From a virus (Duplodnaviria; Caudoviricetes), in the IMG/VR virus record IMGVR_UViG_3300005325_000009, positions 1-38,433 of that record: a stretch of 38,433 nt of DNA; one strand, given 5' to 3'. Both the position numbers and the translations under genes were made by a program. Shown here piece by piece: positions 27,741 through 36,936 of the stretch; positions within the stretch are counted from its first letter, which is position 1; the number at the start of each line of letters is the position of its first letter. Below the pieces are notes generated by a model. The model saw nothing but the letters and a program-made list of their open reading frames with translations, was not told where the DNA came from and did no database searches.

Positions 27741-27859
27741 AGGGTTTTAGCTCATAGGTTTGGGGAGGTTTATGGTTTGGGAATTGATTGTTTTCTGGGG
27801 AGCGTAGATAGATACCCCAAAATCAGCCATGGGTCGTTTCTGGCTTAAAAGAGGGCATA

Positions 27860-30800
27860 ATGGCAAAAAACGAAGATTTAGGATTTGTTGAGGAAACTGG
27901 GGTTCAGTCGCAAGATACTGGTTTAGGATTTATTCCGGAACCGGCTAAGGTGGATATTCAGCCGGCGCCCGAGCTTGAAGTTGAAGCCGCGTTGAATGAA
28001 GAGAAGCGGCAGATCGAGCAAGGTAAGTTTGATCGATTAAAAGCTGCTCAAGATGAACAGGAATTCCAGTCTTTTTATTCTGATATCGCTAAGAGGAACA
28101 AGTTAGATCCTAACCCGGATGATCCCCGGCATTTTTACGATTACCGCGCTTATTTTGAAGCGGTAAAGACTGGCCAAGCTCCTCTTCCTCAATTCAAACC
28201 TGAACATAATCAGTACCGTATGCCGGATGAATTTAAGTTACCTGGGCATCCAGATTATTATACCAATACCGATCCTCAGACATGGACAGTTGAGCAAACA
28301 CAGCGATTTATAAAAGAGCATCCAGCGCAGAACCCAGAAGAGGAAGCGCAGCGTGAAGCGTTCCTCGATCAGAAGAAAATGTTGGTTGGTCAGTTAAAGA
28401 TGAAGTTTACTGATTATGATAAGTATATCCAGGGTCAGATGAACCGGCAGATAGCGGATGGTAAAGAATATCCTCATGAAGAGTTATTAAAAGACCCTGA
28501 GAAGATGTCCGCTTTTGAATCGTTTACTGTTCCGTATGTAAAAGGAACCGCCGGATTTTTTACCAGGTTGGGAGGAGTCGAACCGTTTGGCAGCACATAT
28601 TCTTCGGAAGAGATCAAACAGTCGGAGAAAGATCACCCGATCGCTTCAGCTGTGGGAAAAGCTTACGGTGGGATCGGTCCGATAGCTTTAGCAGTTGCGG
28701 CCGCTCCGGAAACTTTAATGGGTCAATTGTTCGCTTTTTCCGGCCTTGGCGCGCTTGGACAAGCGGGTATTGAAAAAACCCAAGGAAATTTAATGGATAA
28801 AGAGGGTTCAAGGGATAGGATAATAAAATCCACGCTTAAATCCGCGGCATACGCTCCGCTTTGGTATTATACCCAAGGATTAACTTTGGGAGGTCCGGTA
28901 TTATCGATCATGGCACGGGCTGGTTCAAGGGGAACTGGCGCCGCGGGTATTGAGAAAGTAGGCGGAGCATCTACCCAGGAAGCGGTGATGTCCGGGTTAA
29001 TGACTGCTGGATTATCCGGATTGTTTGAACTCACTCCATATACCGCAAATAAAATAAATACCACAGTAAAGAACAGCGCGATCGATGATATGGCTTATAC
29101 CTTATCGCGTAACGATAATACTTTAAAGAATACCATGGTTCGTAATTACACTGCTAAATACGGCGTATCTCCTACTGAAGAGGAATTGGCGCAACTGCTT
29201 GGTGCTGGGATCAAAATCGAGGTTGTTAAAAACAATATTCCTACTGCGCAGATCGTAAAGACGGCCGGTAAACTCAAAGAACAGTTTAAGCCTAAAGTTG
29301 CTGAGGTTAGTCTTAATGGTGAAAAAGGCCAGGTATTGCTTCCGTTTAATGAGGGGGATATTGTTAATATCGCGGGAACCGTGGGCAAGATAGCTAAGAT
29401 CGCCGGGGATAACGCGTTAATAACCACTACCATTGGAAAACAGATTCAGGCAGCATTAAAAGATATTCAACCTACGGGCTTGATCCCTCAGGGTCTTCCA
29501 GAAACCAGTTTATCTAAAGTTCCGGAACATAAGAAAGAATATGTAAAGGACTTATTCAAGATCGAGAATCCGGCCGTGGTTGATGAGTTTATCAGTAATG
29601 ATCCGGAATACCATCGCGCGATCGAGCGGAATAAGTTGCTTGGCGAGAAAACTTATATCCAGTCGGATGATCCGGAAGAACAGCCGAATTATTATCAACC
29701 GTACCTTGAAAAAACTATTGGTAAAAATGTTCCGTCGGCAGAAGGTCAGCCGGAAGTTATCCTCTGGATGGGGTTACCGGGGTCCGGTAAAACCCAGATG
29801 GCTAAATCTTTGGGTTTAGATAAAACACATATTCAAATTGATCCAGATGATGCTAAAAAGTTTATTCCGGAAACCCGTAATGATCCCGCGTTATCCGATT
29901 ATGTCCATAAAGAATCGGCGTATATGGCGGATGAACTGCTTATGGCTAAGGCAATTGAGCAGAATAAGAATATCATCTGGCCGCTGGTGGGGAAGAACCC
30001 GAAGAAAGTTCAGGATGTGATCGATCGGTTTAAGGAAGCCGGGTATAAAGTAGAGCTTAATTATAATAAACTATCTTCAATCGAAGCGAAGAAGAGGGTA
30101 TATAAACGGTTCCTTGAGGATAAACGATTAACATCGACGGAATATATCGATAAAATAGGAGATCAGACTCTTGACCAGAATTTTGAGAGGTTAAAGGGTA
30201 TGGCGGATAAATATACTTCTTGGGATGTGAATACCAAGATCGGTGAACCTCCCAAGAAATTAGAAGAAGGGGTGAATTATGAAGAACCAGCAGTTACGGC
30301 CGGTGTCAGAGAAAGAGCAGGATCCGGAGGATATCCGGTTCGAGCATCTGGGGAAAGCGTTGGTACGAGCAAAGAGCAAGGGATACCGGTCGAGACCACA
30401 GGTGAAGGGAAGGTAAACCAGAGTTTATGGCATGAAACAGGCAGTTATGGTTTAGATAGTTTGATGGCTTATTCGGACGCGAGTGGATTAAATGTATCTA
30501 CCGATAAATCGCTTGCGCTTGGACAAGGTGGTAAGGGTATTTTAGTGGAGTTGAGTAAAGATGTTTTGCTAGGAGATAGAGGGAGTTTAAGAGCAATTAA
30601 AAAACCTGGAATGGAAATTGTAGGACAAAAAGAATTTGAATTAGTAGGTGGTTCAAATAAACCTGGAACTATAAAGTCTATTACCATAAAAACAGGGGTA
30701 CCTATTACTCAAGTTCAGAAAGCGATTCTTAACCGAGATTATAATAAGGTTATAAATGAAGACAAGTCTATTACTTTTACTCCAAAACTCTCCACTATCA

Positions 30801-33800
30801 CAAAACAAAAGATTACTGGGGTTGTGAAAGAAGGACAGAGTGAATATTATAAGAAAGATATATTCTCTAAGGATCCTTCCAGTGGTTCAGAATATAAATC
30901 CCCGCTTTTGGCCAAGTGGAATAAATCCGGGAGTATGGTATTCGCTAAAGAAACAATATCTTCTCCGGCGGATGTTGCATTTGCGTTTAAGCAGTTAAAG
31001 AACGCCGCGGTTGAGCATCTGTATTGTGTCGGCATAAAGAAGAATAAACCGGTGTGTGTTGAATTAATAACTATCGGCGGGTTGGATAGTGCGTATCCGG
31101 AAACTTTTGAACTGGTTGGGCTTTTAGTAAACAAAAAAGCCGATGGATTTTATGTGATACATAATCATCCTTCCGGGAACATCGAATATTCTCCAGAGGA
31201 TATGGGTTTATCTAAAAGTTTATCCGCGGCGGTAGGTAAGTTGGGGATAAAGTTCAGCGGGCATGTGATCATCGACGATACGAAATTCGGGTTTATCAAC
31301 AACGAGTTTGAGTTTGATCAATATTTACATCATCCTTCTACTCAGGAAGGTAAGAAGGTAGCTATATACCAGAAATATAATGAATGGATCAAATCCGTGG
31401 ATGATTTTACCGCGCAACCTTCGATCAAAGGACCGGCAGGGGTATTTGAATTGATCAAAGGTATTACAAAGGATCTTGATCAAGGCGATGCGGTAATATT
31501 CATGAATCCGAAAAACCAGATATTATCCGTAGAAACAGTTCCTTCGGTTTACAGTAAGTCCGCGGATATAGTAAAAAAAGCCGCGGCTGGCCGGTCGAAG
31601 ACTATAATCGTGGTTACGGCTTCTGGGTATGATCAGGTAAAGCATAAAGTGTTGGAAACGGAATTGGAAGAGGTAAATATCAAACTCCTTGATTCTATTG
31701 GGGTAGATCTTAAAACCGGTAAGTTTGAAGCTTATGGCTATAAAGGAGTTATTAATACTCCCGGGCTCGGGGTGAGTGAACTTGGAGAGCAGTATAATAA
31801 TATCCCCGAGTTTAAAAGTACAGAAGGGGCGCTTGATTGGGGGTTAAAGAATAAAGATAATCCGGAAGCTATCTCTGCTTTAACTTTAGCTAGAGATAAG
31901 GTTTTATCCGAAATAGAAGTTCTAAAAAGTATTCCCTCTCCAACTGATGCTCAAATCCAGTTGAGGTTCGATAAAGCGGTCCAAGCGCAGTTTTATAATG
32001 AAGCTTTAGAAACCGCGCAGCAGACTGATATTCCTCCCCAAGAAATAACTTCAGAAGAGGTTCCTAGTGTAATAGATCAGGCGTATAAAGAAATGACTCC
32101 GGAAGACCAGGCCCGGTTTGAGCTGGAGATGGATGATCTACGGAAGACCGCGGAAGGTAACCTGTTTGTAGCGATCCGCCAGTTGGGAGGTATAGCGCCA
32201 TACACCTCTACCGGCGCTAAAGCGGGAACGAAGTTTCTTGCCGAGGAACTGGCAAGTGTGCCGGCTAGCCTTAAAAACAAGAATTCTCAGCATACCTTAG
32301 ATACTATTTTAGATAACCTTGAAAGCCTTGGTTGGCATTTTAGTTCCAGCGATGAGTTGTTGGAAGAGATAAAGCGGCAAGCCGCGAATCCGGTAGAAAA
32401 AGTTGACCGCGCGAGTTTGCAGCAGATTATCCGGGATGCTCAGAAGAATAAGAAGTTGCAGCAGGAGATCCTGGATAAAGTGTTACCTGGTAAACGCCGG
32501 AAATTTATTACTACGGTTAAGAACGCTCAGAAGACTGCGGAAGAGGTAAGGAAAACCGTTGAGTCGAGGTATGAACCGATCAGTAACGCTAAAACACTTA
32601 AAGAAGCGCAGGATTTTGTGGTTGAGAATATGGAAGAAGCGGTTAGCCTGGTTGAAGGGCCTGGCCGGACAAATACTTTTACGAACGCTGTTGGGATCGT
32701 GTTGATCGATAAAGCCCAGGCAGAAGGTCGGTTTACTGATGCGATCCGGATGGTTGAGAGGTTGGCGGAAAAGAATACTGAACTTGGTCAGGCTATCCAA
32801 GCTCTGGCCATGTACGAACGGTTGACCCCGGAAGGAGTGCTTCAATACGCGCAGAAACAGGTCCGTAAAGCCAGGGAGGATGTTAAACAGAAAGAACGGC
32901 TTACGAATTTTGATAAGTTGGCTAAAGGGTTAGGATCTAAAGAACAGGATGATCTGGCGAAAAAGCTGGGTGTGCCGCATATTTCCGGGATCCTTGCTGA
33001 TGAGTTAAGGAAGATGGCGCAGAATCTTCAGCGTTTACCTTCGGCTTTAGATTGGCCGGATTTTTTGAATATGCCTCCTAAGAACGCGTATCAATACGCT
33101 ATGGATCTATTTAAGAAATTGGAAGATTCTGGGCAGATGGATCCGGATATTAAAAATGCGTTCCAGCAGGTATTTGATGGGTTTAAGAAAGCCGGGATAG
33201 GACCGGATACTGATCAGAATATTCCATGGAACCAGGAAATGCAAGGTGCATTTAATAAGTCTAGTACTGCTCCGGATATTGGACAAAATATTCCATGGAC
33301 TAAAGAGTTACAGGATACATTTAAGATCGGTATGGGTAAATTGTCCCGCGCGCGGCAGATCGAAGAGGCGTTGTTATTAAAAAAGATCGCCGGGATTGTT
33401 CCTCCCAGTTTAGGTAAGAAATTAGCGATGGTCCAGACATTAGCGCAGTTACTTAATCCAAAGACTTTTGTCCGGAATATTCTGGGGAATATAGGATTTC
33501 AGGCAGCGGAAAATATTTCAGATACCTTTGGCGCGTTATTGGATATTGGGGTTTCGTTGAGGACCGGTAAACGCTCGGTTTATGTTCCAAATATCGGTAC
33601 TCAAGGTAAAGGTTTGGTTCAAGGAATGAAAGAAGGTACTGAAGAGGCGTTGTTAGGGATCAATTTAAAGCCCGGACAGATGAGCAAATATACCCTCCCA
33701 AGTAATGGCGTGTTTGATAAGGGAGTGCTTGGTGCTTTAGAGAAGACATTAAGGATATCGTTATCCGCTACCGATCGGGCGTTCTACCAGGCGGCGTTCA

Positions 33801-35248
33801 ACCAGAGTATCCGGGAACAATGCGCCGCGGCGGGGTTAGATGATCCTACTGAAGAGATGATCGAAAAAGCTAACCAGATGGGGTTATACCGTACTTTCCA
33901 GGATGATAATGTGATCAGCAATTTCTTTAGTGGACTTAAAAAGTTGCTTAACCTGGGTAAGGATTTTGGGTTGGGTGATATTGTGATTAAGTACCCTAAA
34001 ACCCCGGCGAATATATTGGCCAGAGGAATAGAGTATTCTCCGTTTGGATTTGTTAAAACGGTATTTATTCTCAGCCGGCCGTTATTTCAACAGGGGCCGT
34101 TCGATCAGGAAGATTTTGTGAGGTCAACTTCCCGGGCATTTACCGGTTCGGCATTATTGGTTGGAGTTGGAGCAATCTTGGCTGCGTTAGGGATAATAAG
34201 CGGGAAACGGGCTAAAGATAAAGATGTCGCGGCTACCAGGGAGAAGGTTGGGATCAGGGAATATCAGATCAATGCCTCGGCGTTGAAGAGGTTTGTGGCT
34301 AGCGGATTAGATCCGGAACAGGCTAAGCTTCGGGAAGAGGATAATTTATATACTTATGATTGGTTTCTCCCGGGGTCAATAGGGTTAGCTTTAGGCGCTG
34401 ATATGGTTATTAATCCTAAAGAGAATATCGTAGATAAAACAATGAATCTTGGTGATCGGTTATTGTCCGCTTCTGAAACTTTACAAGAACAGCCGCTTGT
34501 CCAGGGTTTACGGGTATTGACATCGAAAGAGAACTTAGCGGAAGGCTTAGCTGATGTTGTTCAAGGTATCCCTGCTAGTTTTGTTCCCACAGTATTAAAC
34601 CAGGTCAGGCAACTTTCGGATAATACCGCCAGGAATACCAAAGATCCGAACTATTTTAAGGAAGCGTATAATAAGGCGATCATGCGTGTTCCGGGGTTAT
34701 CAAGTACTTTGCCGGCTAAGGTGGATACGCTTGGTAATAATAAGGAGATGTACCAGTTGGGTTCAAATAATCCGTTCAATGTGTTTTTGAATCCGGCGTT
34801 TGTGAATAAGTATAAACCGGATCCGGTGTCAAAGATGGTGTTGGATATCTGGGAATCAACCGGAGAAACCATTCATTTCCCGCGCGTGGCTCAGGCGAAG
34901 ATAAAATTAGGTTCGCAGACTAAGGAACCGATCGAATTATCCCCGGGGCAATATACCGAGTTTCAGAAGTATATAGGTAATAAAACAGATATATTATTTA
35001 CTATTTTAGCGGATAACCCGAAATTCATGGCTAAATCGGATGATGAAAAAGCTAAAGTGCTGCAAGGATATTTGACAGATATCAACACCGCGGCTAAGGC
35101 GGAAATATTGGGTTATCGGCCGGCTAAGGTAAGTCAGGGTGTTATCACTATCATCCGGGATATCGGCAGGAATAAACGCAGTATAGATAAAAATAACGAG
35201 GTTGGGTTTGTTGAGGATGAAGATATAGGGTTTATTCCAGGAGAATAA
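27860..35248 (+). CDS. Giant polyvalent (probably ejected) protein: zeta-toxin-like kinase, possible ART fold, JAB/RadC-like domain plus degenerate copy, helical C-terminus
   Basis: GLPGSGKT/IDPDDAK/VHKES (~29750-30270); HET..STD...A..E (~30425-30780); E..HNHPSG...S.ED..HVII (~30950-31310); podovirus ejection-gene position. Confidence 0.85.
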   Translation: MAKNEDLGFVEETGVQSQDTGLGFIPEPAKVDIQPAPELEVEAALNEEKRQIEQGKFDRLKAAQDEQEFQSFYSDIAKRNKLDPNPDDPRHFYDYRAYFEAVKTGQAPLPQFKPEHNQYRMPDEFKLPGHPDYYTNTDPQTWTVEQTQRFIKEHPAQNPEEEAQREAFLDQKKMLVGQLKMKFTDYDKYIQGQMNRQIADGKEYPHEELLKDPEKMSAFESFTVPYVKGTAGFFTRLGGVEPFGSTYSSEEIKQSEKDHPIASAVGKAYGGIGPIALAVAAAPETLMGQLFAFSGLGALGQAGIEKTQGNLMDKEGSRDRIIKSTLKSAAYAPLWYYTQGLTLGGPVLSIMARAGSRGTGAAGIEKVGGASTQEAVMSGLMTAGLSGLFELTPYTANKINTTVKNSAIDDMAYTLSRNDNTLKNTMVRNYTAKYGVSPTEEELAQLLGAGIKIEVVKNNIPTAQIVKTAGKLKEQFKPKVAEVSLNGEKGQVLLPFNEGDIVNIAGTVGKIAKIAGDNALITTTIGKQIQAALKDIQPTGLIPQGLPETSLSKVPEHKKEYVKDLFKIENPAVVDEFISNDPEYHRAIERNKLLGEKTYIQSDDPEEQPNYYQPYLEKTIGKNVPSAEGQPEVILWMGLPGSGKTQMAKSLGLDKTHIQIDPDDAKKFIPETRNDPALSDYVHKESAYMADELLMAKAIEQNKNIIWPLVGKNPKKVQDVIDRFKEAGYKVELNYNKLSSIEAKKRVYKRFLEDKRLTSTEYIDKIGDQTLDQNFERLKGMADKYTSWDVNTKIGEPPKKLEEGVNYEEPAVTAGVRERAGSGGYPVRASGESVGTSKEQGIPVETTGEGKVNQSLWHETGSYGLDSLMAYSDASGLNVSTDKSLALGQGGKGILVELSKDVLLGDRGSLRAIKKPGMEIVGQKEFELVGGSNKPGTIKSITIKTGVPITQVQKAILNRDYNKVINEDKSITFTPKLSTITKQKITGVVKEGQSEYYKKDIFSKDPSSGSEYKSPLLAKWNKSGSMVFAKETISSPADVAFAFKQLKNAAVEHLYCVGIKKNKPVCVELITIGGLDSAYPETFELVGLLVNKKADGFYVIHNHPSGNIEYSPEDMGLSKSLSAAVGKLGIKFSGHVIIDDTKFGFINNEFEFDQYLHHPSTQEGKKVAIYQKYNEWIKSVDDFTAQPSIKGPAGVFELIKGITKDLDQGDAVIFMNPKNQILSVETVPSVYSKSADIVKKAAAGRSKTIIVVTASGYDQVKHKVLETELEEVNIKLLDSIGVDLKTGKFEAYGYKGVINTPGLGVSELGEQYNNIPEFKSTEGALDWGLKNKDNPEAISALTLARDKVLSEIEVLKSIPSPTDAQIQLRFDKAVQAQFYNEALETAQQTDIPPQEITSEEVPSVIDQAYKEMTPEDQARFELEMDDLRKTAEGNLFVAIRQLGGIAPYTSTGAKAGTKFLAEELASVPASLKNKNSQHTLDTILDNLESLGWHFSSSDELLEEIKRQAANPVEKVDRASLQQIIRDAQKNKKLQQEILDKVLPGKRRKFITTVKNAQKTAEEVRKTVESRYEPISNAKTLKEAQDFVVENMEEAVSLVEGPGRTNTFTNAVGIVLIDKAQAEGRFTDAIRMVERLAEKNTELGQAIQALAMYERLTPEGVLQYAQKQVRKAREDVKQKERLTNFDKLAKGLGSKEQDDLAKKLGVPHISGILADELRKMAQNLQRLPSALDWPDFLNMPPKNAYQYAMDLFKKLEDSGQMDPDIKNAFQQVFDGFKKAGIGPDTDQNIPWNQEMQGAFNKSSTAPDIGQNIPWTKELQDTFKIGMGKLSRARQIEEALLLKKIAGIVPPSLGKKLAMVQTLAQLLNPKTFVRNILGNIGFQAAENISDTFGALLDIGVSLRTGKRSVYVPNIGTQGKGLVQGMKEGTEEALLGINLKPGQMSKYTLPSNGVFDKGVLGALEKTLRISLSATDRAFYQAAFNQSIREQCAAAGLDDPTEEMIEKANQMGLYRTFQDDNVISNFFSGLKKLLNLGKDFGLGDIVIKYPKTPANILARGIEYSPFGFVKTVFILSRPLFQQGPFDQEDFVRSTSRAFTGSALLVGVGAILAALGIISGKRAKDKDVAATREKVGIREYQINASALKRFVASGLDPEQAKLREEDNLYTYDWFLPGSIGLALGADMVINPKENIVDKTMNLGDRLLSASETLQEQPLVQGLRVLTSKENLAEGLADVVQGIPASFVPTVLNQVRQLSDNTARNTKDPNYFKEAYNKAIMRVPGLSSTLPAKVDTLGNNKEMYQLGSNNPFNVFLNPAFVNKYKPDPVSKMVLDIWESTGETIHFPRVAQAKIKLGSQTKEPIELSPGQYTEFQKYIGNKTDILFTILADNPKFMAKSDDEKAKVLQGYLTDINTAAKAEILGYRPAKVSQGVITIIRDIGRNKRSIDKNNEVGFVEDEDIGFIPGE

Positions 35249-35250
35249 CC

Positions 35251-35385
35251 GTGTGGTGCGTGTGTAACCGGATGATCTTGACAAAAGAGCAGGAAGATAC
35301 CGATCATAAATGCGATATCTGCCGCGCGCAGGAGAGTGGTAATGATCAACACGCAAGGAAAACAGACCAATCTGACGGTTGGTGA
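35251..35385 (+). CDS. Small putative zinc-binding protein (44 aa), not in ORF track
   Basis: GTG start after AGGAG; MWCVCNR...HKCDICR. Confidence 0.45.
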   Translation: MWCVCNRMILTKEQEDTDHKCDICRAQESGNDQHARKTDQSDGW

Positions 35386-35473
35386 TAAAGTGTTCTTATG
35401 GTCTGGAATAATCATTTGTTCCGGAATATTTATCGTTTATTGTATTTTATAAACTAAACTTATTTTTTAATTT

Positions 35474-35510
35474 ATCCGGGTTCTCGTCGAGAAAACCCGG
35501 ATTTTTTATT
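35474..35510 (+). terminator. Intrinsic terminator ending the structural operon
   Basis: atccgggtt...aacccggat stem followed by T-rich tail. Confidence 0.75.
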
Positions 35511-35523
35511 TTAAATAAAAAGC

Positions 35524-35552
35524 TTGACAAATTTAGTTTGTTTGTGTATATT
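35524..35552 (+). promoter_or_regulatory. Sigma70-type promoter of the early-type operon
   Basis: TTGACA, 17 nt, TATATT. Confidence 0.75.
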
Positions 35553-35570
35553 TGTATGTGGGAGGAAAAG

Positions 35571-35750
35571 ATGAGGATCGCTGAGTTAGAGATTGACTTG
35601 CAGAAGAAAAGTTTAGAGGACTTAAAAGAACTCGGCCAGGCTTTAGATACTTCATGTAATAAGTTGCCTGAGAAGATGATCCAAGAGATGGGATTAAGAA
35701 CGCTGCGTGATTTAGTTAAGATCCAGTTAAGCAAAAAGGGAGGAAAGTAA
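35571..35750 (+). CDS. Small helical hypothetical protein
   Basis: ATG 35571 after GGAGG within ORF 35538..35750. Confidence 0.65.
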   Translation: MRIAELEIDLQKKSLEDLKELGQALDTSCNKLPEKMIQEMGLRTLRDLVKIQLSKKGGK

Positions 35751-35914
35751 TGTTGTTAAATAAGCAAGCAGTTCGTCAAATGGCAGCTGAACGGGGCAAA
35801 CAGACCAGCGGTGATTTTGTTGAGGCTTTAAACCGTAAGGTTCAGATGTTGGTAGATAAGGCGATCGTTAATACCGGGGGAGTGAAGAGGTTGTCCGCCA
35901 AGGATTTGGAATAA
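35750..35914 (+). CDS. Putative minimal histone-fold protein (54 aa), not in ORF track
   Basis: MLLNKQAVRQMAAERGKQTSGDFVEALNRKVQMLVDKAIVNTGGVKRLSAKDLE; GGAGG RBS, TAATG coupling; helix/loop pattern matches Bd0055-type histones. Confidence 0.7.
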   Translation: MLLNKQAVRQMAAERGKQTSGDFVEALNRKVQMLVDKAIVNTGGVKRLSAKDLE

Positions 35915-35933
35915 GGCAAGGGGGAACATAAAG

Positions 35934-36197
35934 ATGGAGAAGAGTCTTATAGTAGTTCAGGTAACCCGAAGGGGTCATTTATGTGCGGGATGTCAAGGAA
36001 AAATACCGGGTCGGCATGCGGCTATTGCTTTAGTAACCAAGGAGAGGATCAATGGGAAAGAAGAAAAGTTTGTTGCTTATTTCCATAATATCGATTGTTA
36101 TAACGGTTATGAGTTCCGGAACATCTATGGCGCGGGAGCGGCCTGTGATGTTGGACCAGCAAGCTGTTCGTGCGATAATCGGGGAAGCCGGTGGTGA
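35934..36197 (+). CDS. Putative zinc-finger protein
   Basis: CAGC..KI...FH..C; GGGG RBS; 3' part overlaps the next gene. Confidence 0.55.
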   Translation: MEKSLIVVQVTRRGHLCAGCQGKIPGRHAAIALVTKERINGKEEKFVAYFHNIDCYNGYEFRNIYGAGAACDVGPASCSCDNRGSRW

Positions 36198-36567
36198 GGG
36201 GTACCGCGGGATGCTGGCGGTAGCATGCGGGATCCGGAACCGGGGATCGTTAAAAGGGGTTTATGGATTATACGCTAAGCATGTTGATCGCGCTCCAAAG
36301 AGGATATGGGAATTAGCCTGGAAGGCGTGGAAAGAGTCATTAATCCAAGATATTGTCCATGGCGCCAAAGATTGGGAAGGGATCAAGTTTAAACGGCCGT
36401 ACTGGGCTAAGGATATGGTAATTACCGCGGTTGAGGGTGGAAATGTTTTTTATAAGAATATCCGGGTGGTTCAGGAATGGCGTGATGATCAGGGAAACCG
36501 GTGGCGGACTGATCAGGAAGGTAATTTATATGATCGAGATGGGAATAGAGTGCGTAGAGAAGGATGA
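36052..36567 (+). CDS. SleB/Hydrolase_2-like cell wall hydrolase with N-terminal signal/anchor
   Basis: AIIGEAGGEG..GMLAVA..IRNR, GA, P.WA, G..VFY; KKKSLLLISIISIVITV N-terminus. Confidence 0.8.
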   Translation: MGKKKSLLLISIISIVITVMSSGTSMARERPVMLDQQAVRAIIGEAGGEGYRGMLAVACGIRNRGSLKGVYGLYAKHVDRAPKRIWELAWKAWKESLIQDIVHGAKDWEGIKFKRPYWAKDMVITAVEGGNVFYKNIRVVQEWRDDQGNRWRTDQEGNLYDRDGNRVRREG

Positions 36568-36571
36568 ATCG

Positions 36572-36781
36572 ATGTTTAATATTCAGGCGGAGTTAAGTAA
36601 GCGGGTGGGATGGTACCCCCGGCCGGTGTTTTGGCCGGATAGTATGAAAGAACTGGAAGCGGCTTCCGATGAGCAGCTTCTAGAATGGTACCGGTTTCTC
36701 CCGGGAGCTCAGACTGATGAACAGCGGCAGATGGAGAACCGGATCATTGAGAAACTGTTTATGGTAAGGAGGGGAGGATGA
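36572..36781 (+). CDS. Hypothetical protein
   Basis: Likely ATG 36572 after AAGGA within ORF 36431..36781. Confidence 0.6.
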   Translation: MFNIQAELSKRVGWYPRPVFWPDSMKELEAASDEQLLEWYRFLPGAQTDEQRQMENRIIEKLFMVRRGG

Positions 36782-36921
36782 GCAAAAAAGAACCAATTAA
36801 AAAAAAGGAGGTAAACCCGGGGTTTATCAAGCCGCGATGCCCGGATTGCGGGAGTACGCAGGTGTATTATCGCAGGAAAACACAAGATCGAGCTTGCCGC
36901 GGATGCGGGAAAACCTTTTAA
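36778..36921 (+). CDS. Small zinc-ribbon protein (47 aa), not in ORF track
   Basis: CPDCGS...CRGCG; ATGA overlap and GGAGG RBS. Confidence 0.7.
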   Translation: MSKKEPIKKKEVNPGFIKPRCPDCGSTQVYYRRKTQDRACRGCGKTF

Positions 36922-36936
36922 CCAGGGGAGTTAAAA

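Noticed and set aside
27603-27848. 81-aa ORF
   Set aside because: No clear RBS, AT-rich, overlaps the DnaA boxes and trios (TTTITT is the trio repeat); better explained as non-coding
29750-30270. Standalone epsilon-zeta toxin-antitoxin module
   Set aside because: The zeta-like domain is internal to the 2462-aa ORF and no antitoxin gene is evident
35006-35734. Minus-strand ORFs 35006..35356, 35134..35415, 35447..35734
   Set aside because: Overlap plus-strand genes, terminator and promoter; no recognisable motifs
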